Shown one piece after another: positions 32,292 to 46,375 of a stretch of 64,000 nucleotides of DNA. The stretch lies in contig OZ024746.1 of assembly GCA_964016885.1 (NCBI GenBank), positions 68,758,001 to 68,822,000 of the forward strand, in the 5' to 3' direction. The position numbers and the translations under genes were made by a program. The DNA comes from Eledone cirrhosa. Its lineage: Eukaryota. The notes under the pieces are model-generated. The model searched no databases. It saw only the letters and a program-made list of their open reading frames with translations, and was not told the origin of the DNA. How positions within the stretch are numbered: the first letter of the stretch is position 1; each line of letters begins with the position of its first letter.

Positions 32292-33459
32292 TACACTACC
32301 ATCTTTAAACCTTTTGATATCAAATTGCTTGAAACTATTGCTGATTCTGCAATACAAAACTTTGCCTTTCAGCCTTTCAAAGTCGATAAATAAAGTACCA
32401 GTTGAGTACTGGGGTCAACATTTCCTCTATATCTCTTTTTCACTCCTTCTTTGGAAGAGATCAAATGTGCTAAGATCAGGAGAGGAGATGGGCTTCACCA
32501 GGTTTTAAAATGCCCAAGAAATGCCCTATGGCACCCCTACGACTTCATCAGGAGTTAAGGGTCCATACATGCATATTATATACAAGGATTGCAAAAAATT
32601 CAAAGGGACCAGCTTTGTTACACGATATATCATGGTGATTCTTCCTGAAAACTACATTAAGGGAACACATGTCTGTGGAATGCTCAAACATATCTTGCAC
32701 AATAATTTAATAAGCAGGCTGTTCCGTTGATTAAATCAACTGGATCTAACACAACAGAGAGGGAGGAGATGGACAGGGGCAGAGTGAGAGGGTGAGAAAG
32801 AGGTAAAGAGGATAGGAGAGAGAGAGGTGAAGAGAAAGTGAGGGGGACAGAGATAAAAAGAGAGAGAGATTGAAGCCTTGTCATATAATGTCATACTGAA
32901 TCTCCCTGAGAACTATATTAAGGGAACACATGTCTGTGGAATGTTCAAACACATCTTGAGCAAGATTAGGTCTCCCCAACCCCGCCAGTCTCAGTCTAAG
33001 ACAACCTGCTACATTACATGCTAACTCAGACATAAAATGATGATGATGATGGTGGTGGTGGTGGTATATTAGACATTGGATTGTAGCAATGCTAGGGTAC
33101 TACATTCAAGGGTTTTAGTCAATTATATCAAGCTTGGTATTTTGTCTGTGGAGAGAGAAAGAGAGAGCGAGGTGGGGGAGGGGGAAGAAGTCATTAAAAT
33201 TGCTAATATTTGTATACCACAGGAGATGATCCGATATTAGTATCTAATTAGCTACATCAGTGCTGCTAATCAATGATAATTGATCTGATTTACTGAAAAA
33301 CAACAGCAATATCAGACACAGTTATGTCTGAAGAGATCAATAATATTTTGGAACCAATGAGGGAGTTTCCGAACCAACAAAGGAGTTTCTTCCCAGTCTC
33401 TTAGACTGTTAGAAATAGCAACAAAATCACTTTCAAAAAGTCTAAAGTCTGTCTTAAGA

Positions 33460-33717
33460 CAGAAGGCTCATTAGGCCGGTGCTTATCTTGGTTTCATGGC
33501 ATGAAGCGACTGAAAGTACAAGACTCCCCCCTGGACAGGACCCCTGTCCATCACAGGGTCAAACCCCCAGCTATTGCTGGTACACATTTTCAGCTGAGTA
33601 TACTGGAGCAACGTGAAATGAAGTGTTTTGCTCAAGAACACAACATGCAACCCAGCCCAGGAATCGAACCCACAACATTATGATCATAAGTCCATCACCC
33701 TTACCACGAGGCCATGC
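33460..33717 (-). mobile_element. CORE-like tRNA SINE with a different tail
   Basis: Reverse: GGTTCGATTCC B box, TTGAGCAAAACACTT..CAGTATACTCAGCTG core, CCCTGTGATGGAC..GTCCAGGG tail. Confidence 0.7.
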
Positions 33718-34714
33718 ACATAAAGTTAATTTATCGGATATTTCATTCAATATAGTTATACAGTCTATTGATTAGTTTAAATTAAAGTACACAACATACA
33801 ACCAATATTATGCTACTGTGTACATATTCTACTGTCAAAATTTCAGCAGCAGATTCAGGCTAAATTTGAAATTATATTCATGGTTAACAGCTCTTAAATA
33901 AATGTATACACATTATGTATGCGTGCATGTGTGTGTGAATGTGGATGAGTGCCTGCACACACACTCTTAAAAGCACAAATGCAACCTTCCCCATGTTATT
34001 TTCTGAATTAAGTCATTATGGTTAGTGTTTGGTAATAACAAATGCCATTAATATCCATTTCAGTTAAACGATAATACAAAGAGAAGACTAGAAACAAATA
34101 GATCTAAACCTTTACAGTTCCAAAAAAAATATAAAGGATTGATAAGACAATATTAAATATCCTTAATAAAAATATTTATTCAACTGCTTTACCCAATAAC
34201 TCTTCTTAGAATTATTGACTAATGGATACTGTAAGATATTTAACAAACAGAATATAAAAGTCAGCTACTGCTGTCAGAAAACATTGGTATGTGAATTCTA
34301 TTCAATATAACTGCAGTTATAGTTCATGATACCTTACTAAAACATTGTTTAACCCCGAAGATGGCAATCAGGAAAAGAAATATAAGAGCCTATTAATTTT
34401 TTCAAATATTCAGGAAATAATGTCATATATTGTCTAATATATATTGTCATATATTGTCTAAATATATCTGGACACCAAAAGATAAAGATATGAATGATTT
34501 CATGAAACATCCATATTTGACTGGATCAAAGAAATATTTGTATTTGACTGAGAAATATATTTTAACACAGACAATCAATATTCTGAACAGAAACTAATAT
34601 AATAGACTGATCAGTCATAGAAAATTACACTCCATACAACAATAGATCCAGTAGATGTCATCTCTTTCTAGCAGAGAACATTTAACACACTAAGAAAGGA
34701 TTGATGTATCGTAT

Positions 34715-35052
34715 GGACCCATAACTGCTCAGGAGTGTCGTAGGGGTGCCATATAGACATACAGCATTTCTAGGGCATTTTTTTAAACCTGGTGAAGCCC
34801 ATCTCCTCTCCAGGTCTGAATATACAGTAGATTTTTTCCAGAGAAGGATAGAGAGAGTGAGAGAGAGCAAGTGAGAAAGAGATATAGAGGAATAATAGAC
34901 CCCCAGTACTTGACTGGTACTTTTTTATCGACCATGAATGGATGAAAGGCAAAGTTGACCATGGCAGAATTTGAACTCAGAGAGCAAAGAGCTGAAATTA
35001 ATACTACAAAGCATTCTATCCAACGTTCTAACGACTCTGCCAATTTGCTGCC
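34715..35052 (-). mobile_element. Family A SINE variant with extended alternative tail
   Basis: Family A head/core followed by GGAGAGGAGATGGGCTTCACCAGG..TATGGCACCCCTACGAC; relatives at ~262-535, ~17080-17370 and ~32360-32562. Confidence 0.65.
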
Positions 35053-35559
35053 TAAGAAAGGATTATATGCTATCAAATAGAAAAGCTTGAATTTGTCTCA
35101 ATGTGCCAACATAAGAATCAGCACCATTCAAGTCAATTGCAACCATAGACAGTCTAAATCTTTGGATCTATACAAATCCATCAACAAAAAAATACTCTAC
35201 AAACACAATCTACAAGAATATTGTTGTATTTTGAGGTCATGCTACCAATTAGTATAATCTATATTGGGTCATCAAGTATGAAATTTGTAGAAAAAAAAAA
35301 CAATTGACCATATGCCTCACTACAAATTTCATACTTGACAAACCAATATAAGTATTTTACAAGAATCATCTCATAAAACCTGTCACAAACACATTAATAT
35401 TGATTATATTTACCAAAACAATTTTTTTTTCATTATTTTTATTTTTATTTATTTACAATTTTTGGTGTGAGGGGTTTATTTGTTTGTGACATGCACTATA
35501 CTCCATTGTTTGGTTATAACAGTTTAAAACTACATGAGATGGATTTTGTCTGAGTAGAT

Positions 35560-36330
35560 TTGGATTTAAGAGATTCTTCTATCAATATTACTGATAACAT
35601 TCTTAAAAACAATAAGAGGTTAGTTGGTTTTTCTACTGAAGCCAATTAGGTCTTCATTTTGCTTTCTGAATTTAAGGTGGCATCTAGGAAATCAACAATT
35701 GTGATATTCGTAATTACCTTAAGTTCAAATTGCTTAAAAATACAAATTAGTTCTTATCTAGGCTGTGGATATTTACACTGTCGTACATAGCTAGACCACC
35801 ATCTCTATATAAACCTATGTTGAACGTGTGAATTCTAAATTTAAGCTTATCAAGTATAAATTCTCCAACTTCATCACAGACTTCAATTTCATTGAAGCAA
35901 GTCATTATGACATCAAATGAATTATTAGTATCCTTCACCTGTATATAGTTGTGGATGAAAATCAATAATTATATGACATGATTGATTATATTGGTATCAC
36001 TGTCATCAATGTCACACTATGTTTTTCCAAATTGCAGGGTCTTGATGAGGAGGAACTTCAAAATTGATAAGTAGAATTCAACACTATCAAACCGGGAGAG
36101 TTTCTATCTACTTTTATCCCTAACATTGCTAAACCAGTTAACAACATCATTAATATTATTCCATTGACATAATCTAGTTGAATATTTAATTTTTTTTAGC
36201 AGGGTTGATTAGCCTATATTTGAGGTTTGTGGCAAAGTCTTCCTAGTGGTTGTTAAGGGTTATACATGCTTTACATTTGGTTAAACATTGCACTGTCTTA
36301 TCATATTTTAAAATCTTTCTTATTAGTTAC
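35560..36330 (-). pseudogene. Decayed Penelope-like reverse transcriptase
   Basis: RLINPAK, FDSVEFYLSI, SFDVIM..EVCDEVGEFIL and GLYRDGGL match PLE RT motifs (FDIVEFYPSI, GLYRDDGL). Confidence 0.7.
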
Positions 36331-37293
36331 ATTTCACAGTTAATGTCATATGTATTTGTGCTGCCTTATATTTTTGTGTGATATTGTTCATTTAAAGTTT
36401 AGCATATATGTTTTGTTTTTTTTTCCTCTTATCAGAAAAGGTGAGGATGATTTTAGAGTTCTTAATAGTGATGATATCAGATTTAAATTTATATTGGAAA
36501 ATGTTGCTATATTCTTTTTATTTTACTACGCTGATTATCTGTAGGAGATCCACTTCAAAATATCAAGCCCTTTAATATGTGGCAAACAGTTCCAAGTTTT
36601 TATTCCAAATGTATCATATAGTAGTTTTACCTGATTATTGTTGTAAAAATGTACATTTCAGTACATAGTTTTAAAGACATCTTCCACTTATAAGCTGTTT
36701 AATACAGATCTTGTTTGATAGAATAAGCAGTACAAGAAGGTGTACTGTTCCATATTCAAATTATCTTTTTTGGTTTATTGAGAGTGGTATATACTTATTA
36801 GTGTGTTTGTAACAAAAATCATATATAAAGTGAAACTAAGAACAAAATAAAATAAGAATTTAATACCTGGTTAGAGCGAATATTTAATGTGTTGTTTCAA
36901 GTTTAACTCTTTAGCATTTACATTACTCTATATTTACTATTGTATTTTCACGGTAAAGGCTTTATCTCACATAATATCAAATCTACAAGATTTCTATATT
37001 ATTTATTTTGAGAACAATACCTTAACATAAGTATGATAAGCCAGTTACAAGCAGTTTGAAAAGAAAGAGGTGAGAGAATTCTGGCTGGATATGGCCGGTT
37101 ATAATATCCAGTGTATTCAGAAAATGAAAATTGTGATGGCACCAAATAGCAAAAGACACACAAGCTACTATCAGCTGTAAAGATACAAAAGCCTTCTTTT
37201 CTTTTGGAAAAGTGGTTTTGGACCTTGACTCAATATCTATAGTGCCACATCTATACTGATAGATGATCAAATGTAATAGATGATCAAATGTAA

Positions 37294-38278
37294 TCTATAT
37301 ATATAAAACTGTGGTTGTCTGTCTGTCTATCGATTTTTGGCACACATCTCCTCTTAGAATCTCTCACGGAATTGCACCGAAATTGCTATACTTGTACATT
37401 GAGCCCTAGCGAAGACATCGGAAAAAAAATATTTCAAATTGACCCACCCTATGTGACGAAATCGAATATAATGTATCGATTTTTGAGCGTAAGTTATCAG
37501 TTATTTCCCTTTGTTCTGTTTACATTGAGCGTCTTACGTAAAAAATTACGCTGGCTTTCTCAGCGTTTAAAATGACATTAACACAATACACGAACAGTTG
37601 TCGAGCCAGCAAAATATTGACCTGCAAAATTCATCAGTTCGAACACTAAGCTTCCGTTTTGCTTCATTTCCATTTAAAAGCATTTTAAAACAATATTTTT
37701 ACTTGAAAACAAGTCTATTTAAAGACTACGTAAAACAAGCAAATATTTCGTCGTTAGGCGTGCAGACAGACAGTCGTGCAGACAGACAGTCGTGCAGAGA
37801 GGTGATATACGCGTGCAGACAGACAGTCGTGCAGAGAGGTGATATAGGCGTGCAGACAGACAGTCGTGCAGAGAGGTGATATAGGCGTGCAGACAGACAG
37901 TCGTGCAGAGAGGTGATATAGGCGTGCAGACAGACAGTCGTGCAGAGAGGTGATATAGGCGTGCAGACAGACATAACTGATAATTTGGTTACGCTAATGT
38001 TTTTCTCTGCGTTGCAGTGTTTACATTTTCGATCTTTGTTAATAAATAACCAGTGCAGTTTCTATCCCCAGCATCCTCTTTTGTTATAACATTCGGGTTA
38101 TCGTTATGTTTTCTTAACTTCATAAGGCATATTGTTGGTTGAGGGAATATTAATCAAAAACACCACATGCAAGTCTGCACAGTAGACACTACAGTTTTTA
38201 AGCCAAGAAAGAAACTTAACATTGTAACTTTAACACAGCTACTGAGCGACCCCGAGCAACGCCGGGCTTTACTGCTAG
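37294..38278 (+). mobile_element. Non-autonomous Helitron (985 bp)
   Basis: 5' TC(TATATATATAAA), subterminal hairpin CCCGAGCAACGCCGGG (38251-38266), 3' CTAG; inserted between A and T of a 17-bp tandem (TAGATGATCAAATGTAA) with no TSD. Confidence 0.9.
37755..37972. repeat. 37-bp minisatellite inside the Helitron
   Basis: TAGGCGTGCAGACAGACAGTCGTGCAGAGAGGTGATA, ~5.5 copies. Confidence 0.9.
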
Positions 38279-38367
38279 TAGATGATCAAATGTAATAGAT
38301 GATCAAATGTAAATATGAGAATAATTGAGGAATGTTTGATCTTCCTGTGGAAAAAGAAGAAAAAGAA

Positions 38368-38582
38368 GAATGGTTTCTGATTTAGACACAAGGCCAAAAA
38401 TTTGGGGGAAGGGAAAGCCGATTTCAATCGACCCCAATGCATTACTGGTAACTTATTTTATCAACCCCATAAGGATAAAAGGCAAAGCTAACCTCGGTGG
38501 AATTTGAAATCAGATTAGAAAGAGCCATAACTCTATACCCACAAAGTATGATGCCCGATGCTCTACTAATTCTGCCAATCAA
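38368..38582 (-). mobile_element. Family A SINE
   Basis: Core and boxes in reverse. Confidence 0.7.
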
Positions 38583-38955
38583 TAATAAGATGTACTGCTT
38601 TTTACCTCTACCTAAAAACACACTCTTTTACCACTTTATACTTCTACCCTGCTTCACTTACATTCTTCATCTGCCTACCTATGTTCAACATTTCATACTG
38701 CCTATGTCCTTGTTATATCTATCTGGTTAAATTCAATCCCTTTTAATAACTCCTAATGATAACTCCAGGTGTTTTCCAGGTGTTTATGTGTTGTGTTTTG
38801 GGTAAATAATTGTTAATTAATTGTCTTTGATTGACTTGTTGTTTACATATGCATGTACAATTATTACCTGTATAGAAACAAACGTAGATAGTAAAAGATG
38901 GATTTAATTTAATAACCTTGGTTCTTTTCATTTTGAATATATATATATATATATA

Positions 38956-39678
38956 TCATCATCATCATCATCATCATCATCGTTTAACATCCATGTTCCA
39001 CGCTTGCATGGGTTTGGACGGGAGTGGTTGTCTTGCTCGCATAGGACTGTCTGGCAGGTTTTCTACAGCTGGATGCCCTTCCTAACACCAACCACATTTA
39101 CAGTGTGGGGCTGGGAGGTTTTTTACTGTGTTGCCTACACGGCCACATTACAGCGTGGACTGTCTGGCAGGTTTTCTACAGCTGGATGCCCTTCCTAACA
39201 CCAACCACATTTACAGTGTGGAACTGGGAGGTTTTTACCGTGTTGCCTACACGGCCACATTACAGCGTGGACTGTGTGCTTTTTTTTGTCGTGACACCTA
39301 CACGATCTCATTTGTTTCGGCCTGGATTTTGTGGCACCAACATAACTTTACATTGAAAGGGGCGGTGTGGATGGGGTGGGGGTGGTGGGACGGGGTGTAT
39401 TTTGTTAGAGATGCCTACTGACTGTAGTAGGTTTTACTTTGTATTTAGGTAAGGCGGGTCTTCTCTATTACTGAGTACCGCCAAAGGTCTCAGTCCAGTG
39501 ACATTGTCTTGGAGAGGTGTAAGTGTGTGAGGTCGGAATTTATCAGCTCGTCCCAGGTTTTTCTGGGTCTGCCTACTCTGTGGCTACCGTCTATCTTTAT
39601 TGCCCTGCACTTTGCTATACAGCTGTCGTCTTTCATGCGCATCACGTGACCATACCAACGTAGCCTTCTCTCGAGTAA
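38956..39678 (-). mobile_element. 5'-truncated RTE LINE copy
   Basis: [27 protein letters not shown]; (GAT)n tail; ~113-bp tandem duplication in the 3' UTR. Confidence 0.9.
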
Positions 39679-39933
39679 TATATATATATATATGATCATC
39701 ATCATCATCATCATCAACATCATTTAACGTCTATCTTCCACGCTAGCATGGGTTTAGCTATATAAATATGAATTCAGCGAGAATCGCTTTTCGGTGGGTG
39801 GAGGTTATAAAGTCTATACAAACTGAGAAGGCGGTCAAGAAGCTATAGACCACCTAAGCCAAAAATCAAGTCAAGCTCAACAGGTCAGACAAAATAAATG
39901 AATATATATATATATATAGTTCATTATGCTAAT

Positions 39934-40025
39934 AGAAGTCTGATGAGCTTTTGATTACAGAGTCGGGCCTAATCGATAGAGGTCTAACCTTGAGCTGATC
40001 AATTGCTAAATGCGCATCACACCTG
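39934..40025 (+). ncRNA. Hammerhead-like motif with TAAA in place of GAAA
   Basis: CTGATGA-GCTTTTGAT...ATCAATTGC-TAAA-TGCGCA-TC. Confidence 0.45.
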
Positions 40026-40070
40026 AATAAACATAATGAAAATTTGATACCTCGTCTATACTTATTATTA

Positions 40071-40710
40071 AACCTCGGCGGGATTTGAACTCAGAATGGA
40101 AAGGGCTGTATAATAATAATTGTTTCTACTTTAGGCACAAGGCCAGCAAATTACCCAGTGCATTACTGGTACTTTATCATCCTTACGGGGTCGATAAAAT
40201 AAAGTACCAGTAATGCACTGGGTATTTGCTGGCCTTGTGCCTAAAGTAGAAACAATTATTATTATACAGCCCTTTCCATTCTGAGTTCAAATCCCGCTGA
40301 GGTTAACTTTGCCTTTCATCCTTACGGGGTCGATAAAATAAAGTACCAGTAATACACTGGGTAATTGCTGGCCTTGTGCCAAAAGTGGAAACAATTATTA
40401 TTATATATATTGGCAGTATCGGTAGAGGGTTGGACGCCATGCTTTCTAGCATAGTTACGTCCCTTTACAGTCCGAGTTCAAATCCCGCCGAGGTTAACTT
40501 TGCCTTTCATCCTTACGGAGTCGATAAAATAAAGTACCAGTAATGTACTGGGTAATTGCTGGCCTTGTGCCAAAAGTGGAAACAATTATTATCATTATTA
40601 TTATATATAATAATAATAATTGTTTCTACTTTTGGCACAAGGCCAGCAATTACTCAGTACATTACTGGTACTTTATTTTATCGACCCCGTGCGGGTGAAA
40701 GGCAAAGTTT
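40071..40710. mobile_element. Cluster of family A SINEs: tandem array with inverted flanking pieces
   Basis: Three plus-strand copies (40177-40600) flanked by minus-strand partials (40071-40177, ~40610-40710). Confidence 0.85.
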
Positions 40711-40716
40711 TGTTTC

Positions 40717-42460
<1,744 letters not shown>

Positions 42461-42774
42461 AAGGTATGACTGTTTATTTTTTTATATGGATATTGATTGT
42501 TTCTTGTATCTCATTCTGTTATTTTGCCCGAGAAAATATCTATTGGTGTCATCAAACGATGTACACATATGGTTATTTTTTCAAATCTAATTGAGTTCTA
42601 GCATGTGGCTTGAATTCTTTTCAGAATTCATTGACTTGCGCATGTATTGTTTTTTGGCGGCAATCTCCTTCCTCCTGTTTTAAGACAGTGTGAGATTCTT
42701 TAGAACTGCTGGGCTAAGAACCTAGCAGCTATCTCAAGCACTGATGGTGATTATCGCTAGATATTGATGTTGAT

Positions 42775-43115
42775 TTGATTCATTTCATTTCATTTCACGT
42801 CCGCTTTTCCCTGCTTGCAAGGGTGGAACGGGAACTGATTCTGGCTTGATTTCTACAGTTGGATGCCCTTCCTAACACCAACCTCATTTACAGTGAGTGC
42901 TGGGTGCTTTTTTGCCGTGGCACCTCCACGACCACTTTGCAGTGGAATGATATGGACCCCAGTCCCTATCATCTCATTTCTACAGCTGAGTAAACTGGAG
43001 CAATGTGAAATAAAGTGTCTTGCTCAAGGAAACAACACATCACCCAGTCTGAGAATTGAACTCACAACCTTTTGATTGCAAGGCCAATGCTCTAACCACT
43101 AAGCCATGTGCCTCC
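42775..43115 (-). mobile_element. Full-length family B SINE
   Basis: Reverse starts GGAGGCACATGGCTTAGTGGTTAGAGC; (AAATG)n tail. Confidence 0.85.
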
Positions 43116-43450
43116 ATATTGATTATCAATATTAATATTATTGGGCACCCACTGGAGAATTATAAGAGCCCACTTGAATAAGTATCTGTTGATCTTATAC
43201 AAGTTTCTGCATAAATTGGTATAATTTCACCCAACTTGTAGAAATCTTATAGTGAAACGAGACGTCCGTCTGGGAAAGGATATATTTGATATATTTCATA
43301 TGAAATGATACAGCCAATTTTCCACACAATACAAATAGGAATATACTCAGTTATTTCCTAATGTTTGTTGAGTGAGTTGGGATTTGGCCGGAGTATCGCT
43401 CTTAGCTTTCTCCGATTGTGTATTTATATATATATATGTATATATACATT

Positions 43451-43508
<58 letters not shown>

Positions 43509-43601
43509 CATTTACATATATATATATATATATATATACATTTACATATATATATATATATACATTTACATATATATATATATATATATATATACATTTA
43601 C

Positions 43602-43634
<33 letters not shown>

Positions 43635-43752
43635 TACATTTACATACATATATATATATATACATATATACATTTACACATTTACATACATATATATATA
43701 TATACATATATACATTTACATACATATATATACATATACATATACATACATA

Positions 43753-43808
<56 letters not shown>

Positions 43809-43812
43809 CATA

Positions 43813-44560
43813 TCATCATCATCATCGTCGTTTAACGTCCATCTTCCACGCTTGCATGGGTTTGGACGGGAGTTTTCCCACTTGAGGCAAGATTGGTTGG
43901 CCTGCTCGTATAGGACTGCCTGGCGGGTTTTCTACGGCTGGATGCCCTTCTTAACACCAACCACGTTTACAGTGTCGACTGGGAGGTTTTTACCGTGTTA
44001 CTTACATGGCCACATTACAGCGTGGACTGTGTGTTTTTTTGTCGTGACACCTATACGACCTCATTTGTTTCGGACTGGATGTTGTGGTACCATTTAAGTG
44101 GTGTGGATGGGGTAGGGGTAGTGGGAGGGGGGTGTATTTTGTTAGAGGTGCCTACTGACTGTAGGTTTCGCTTTGTACTTAGGCAAGGTGGGTCTTCTGT
44201 ATAACTGTGTAGAGCCAAAGATCTCGGTCCAGTGACATTGTCTTGGAGAGGTGTAAGTGTGTGAGGTCGGAATTTATCAAGGTCTGCCTACTCCGTGGCT
44301 ACTGTCTATTTTTATCGCCCTGCACTTTTTTATACAGCTGTCGTCTTTCATGCGCATCACGTGTCCGTACCAACGTAGTCTTCTCTCGAGTAAACAACAT
44401 CTGATCCCTCTTATTCTTAATTTCTCCCTTAGTTCGTTTATGCTTTGCCGTTCACGTATATTACTATTACACATCCAGCGGAGCATGCAAGCTTCGTTTC
44501 TCTCCAGTCTGCGTATATCCTCTGCACACAATACCCAGGTTTCACTGCCATGTAACATTG
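43813..44560 (-). mobile_element. 5'-truncated RTE LINE copy
   Basis: AMLHGSETWVLCAEDIRRLERNE..GVGRP; (GAT)n tail. Confidence 0.9.
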
Positions 44561-44871
44561 CTTTTTCTCTGCTTGCAAGGGTGGGACGGGAACTGATGCT
44601 GGCTTGATTTCTACAGCTGGATGCCCTTCCTAACACCAACCTCATTTACAGTGAGTGCTGGGTGCTTTTTTGCCAGGGCACCTCCACGACCACTTTGCAC
44701 TGGAATGATATGGACCCCAGTCCCTATCATCTCCTTTCTACAGCTGAGTAAACTGGAGCAATGTGAAATAAAGTGTCTTGCTCAAGGAAACAACACATCA
44801 CCCGGTCTGAGAAATGAACTCACAACCTTTCGATTGCAAGGTCAATGCTCTAACCACTAAGCCATGTGCCT

Positions 44872-44873
<2 letters not shown>
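44561..44873 (-). mobile_element. Family B SINE fused to the RTE fragment
   Basis: Complete head; tail ends at GCAAGCAGAGAAAAAGC and runs straight into RTE sequence. Confidence 0.85.
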
Positions 44874-44906
<33 letters not shown>

Positions 44907-45028
44907 CATATATATATATACATACATATATATACATATACATATATATATATATACATATATATACATATACATATATATACATATACATATATACATA
45001 TATACATATATATATACATATACATATA

Positions 45029-45061
<33 letters not shown>

Positions 45062-45325
45062 ACATATACATATATACATATACATATACATATATATATA
45101 TATACATAATTAAGTTAAAGTGTACATCTACATATGTATACGGAAGTATTAGTATGCATATAAATACACACATGTATACATATGTACATGTACTCAGCTT
45201 TTCACTAGACACTTTACAGTGAGTGTCAGCTAGTCTGTATGTAACCACACAGGCGGACCGGGTTTTAGAGTCATACGAGTTTTCAAGGAAACACATTTCC
45301 TCTATTCTCCAGAGGGCCAGACAGG

Positions 45326-45370
45326 AATATTGGACTAGTTTCGATGTTATTACATCTCATCAGCAATATT
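45326..45370 (-). ncRNA. Type I hammerhead ribozyme (inverted copy)
   Basis: Exact reverse complement of 45907-45951. Confidence 0.88.
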
Positions 45371-45906
45371 TACCCATCTTCCGGCTTCTCTGGAGAATTG
45401 TAAAAGCACATATCGTTATATGCTTTTTCTATGAAAATTAGTAGTGGGTAGACAAATTTGCATAGAACGTGAGTCATTGTACGCACCGGTTCAGCGGAAA
45501 CGATAAAAACAAATAACGAAACGAAATTAAATTTCGTTTCGCTTCTAACTCACTTTTGTATGACTGACGCTTAAACAATTGACACTCACTGTAAAGTGTC
45601 TAGTGAAAAGCTGAGTACATGTACATATGTATACATGTGTGTATTTATATGCATACTAATACTTCCGTATACATATGTAGATGTACACTTTAACTTAATT
45701 GTTTAAGCGTCAGTCATACAAAAGTGAGTTAGAAGCGAAACGAAATTTAATTTCGTTTCGTTATTTGTTTTTATCGTTTCCGCTGAACCGGTGCGTACAA
45801 TGACTCACGTTCTATGCAAATTGGTCTACCCACTACTAATTTTCATAGAAAAAGCATATAACGATATGTGCTTTTACAATTCTCCAGAGAAGCCGGAAGA
45901 TGGGTA

Positions 45907-45951
45907 AATATTGCTGATGAGATGTAATAACATCGAAACTAGTCCAATATT
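45907..45951 (+). ncRNA. Type I hammerhead ribozyme
   Basis: AATATTG-CTGATGA-GATGT(aata)ACATC-GAAA-CTAG-TC-CAATATT: 7-bp stem I, intact core, 5-bp stem II, palindromic ACTAGT stem III, GUC site (cleavage after 45944). Confidence 0.9.
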
Positions 45952-46375
45952 CCTGTCTGGCCCTCTGGAGAATAGAGGAAATGTGTTTCCTTGAAAACTC
46001 GTATGACTCTAAAACCCGGTCCGCCTGTGTGGTTACATACAGACTAGCTGACACTCACTGTAAAGTTTCTAGTGAAAAGCTGAGTACATGTACATATGTA
46101 TACATGTGTGTATTTATATGCATACTAATACTTCCGTATACATATGTAGATGTACACTTTAACTTAATTGTTTAAGCGTCAGTCATACAAAAGTGAGTTA
46201 GAAGCGAAACGAAATTTAATTTCGTTTCGTTATTTGTTTTTATCGTTTCCGCTGAACCGGTGCGTACAATGACTCACGTTCTATGCAAATTGGTCTACCC
46301 ACTACTAATTTTCATAGAAAAAGCATATAACGATATGTGCTTTTACAATTCTCCAGAGAAGCCGGAAGATGGGTA

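Noticed and set aside
37755-37972. 37-bp repeats resembling CRISPR repeat length
   Set aside because: No unique spacers, no cas genes, eukaryotic Helitron context
39830-39895. CTGAGAAGGC..GCC-AAAA..GTC hammerhead-like trace (similar trace at 12430-12545)
   Set aside because: Multiple core mismatches and no convincing stem I
45223-45441. 72-aa ORF repeated three times in the 469-bp array
   Set aside because: No ATG start, antisense to the ribozyme, no recognisable domain; identity reflects repeat copying
45800-45822. TGACTCA and octamer ATGCAAAT motifs in the repeat unit
   Set aside because: Short motifs expected by chance in AT-rich DNA; no snRNA gene or PSE recognised
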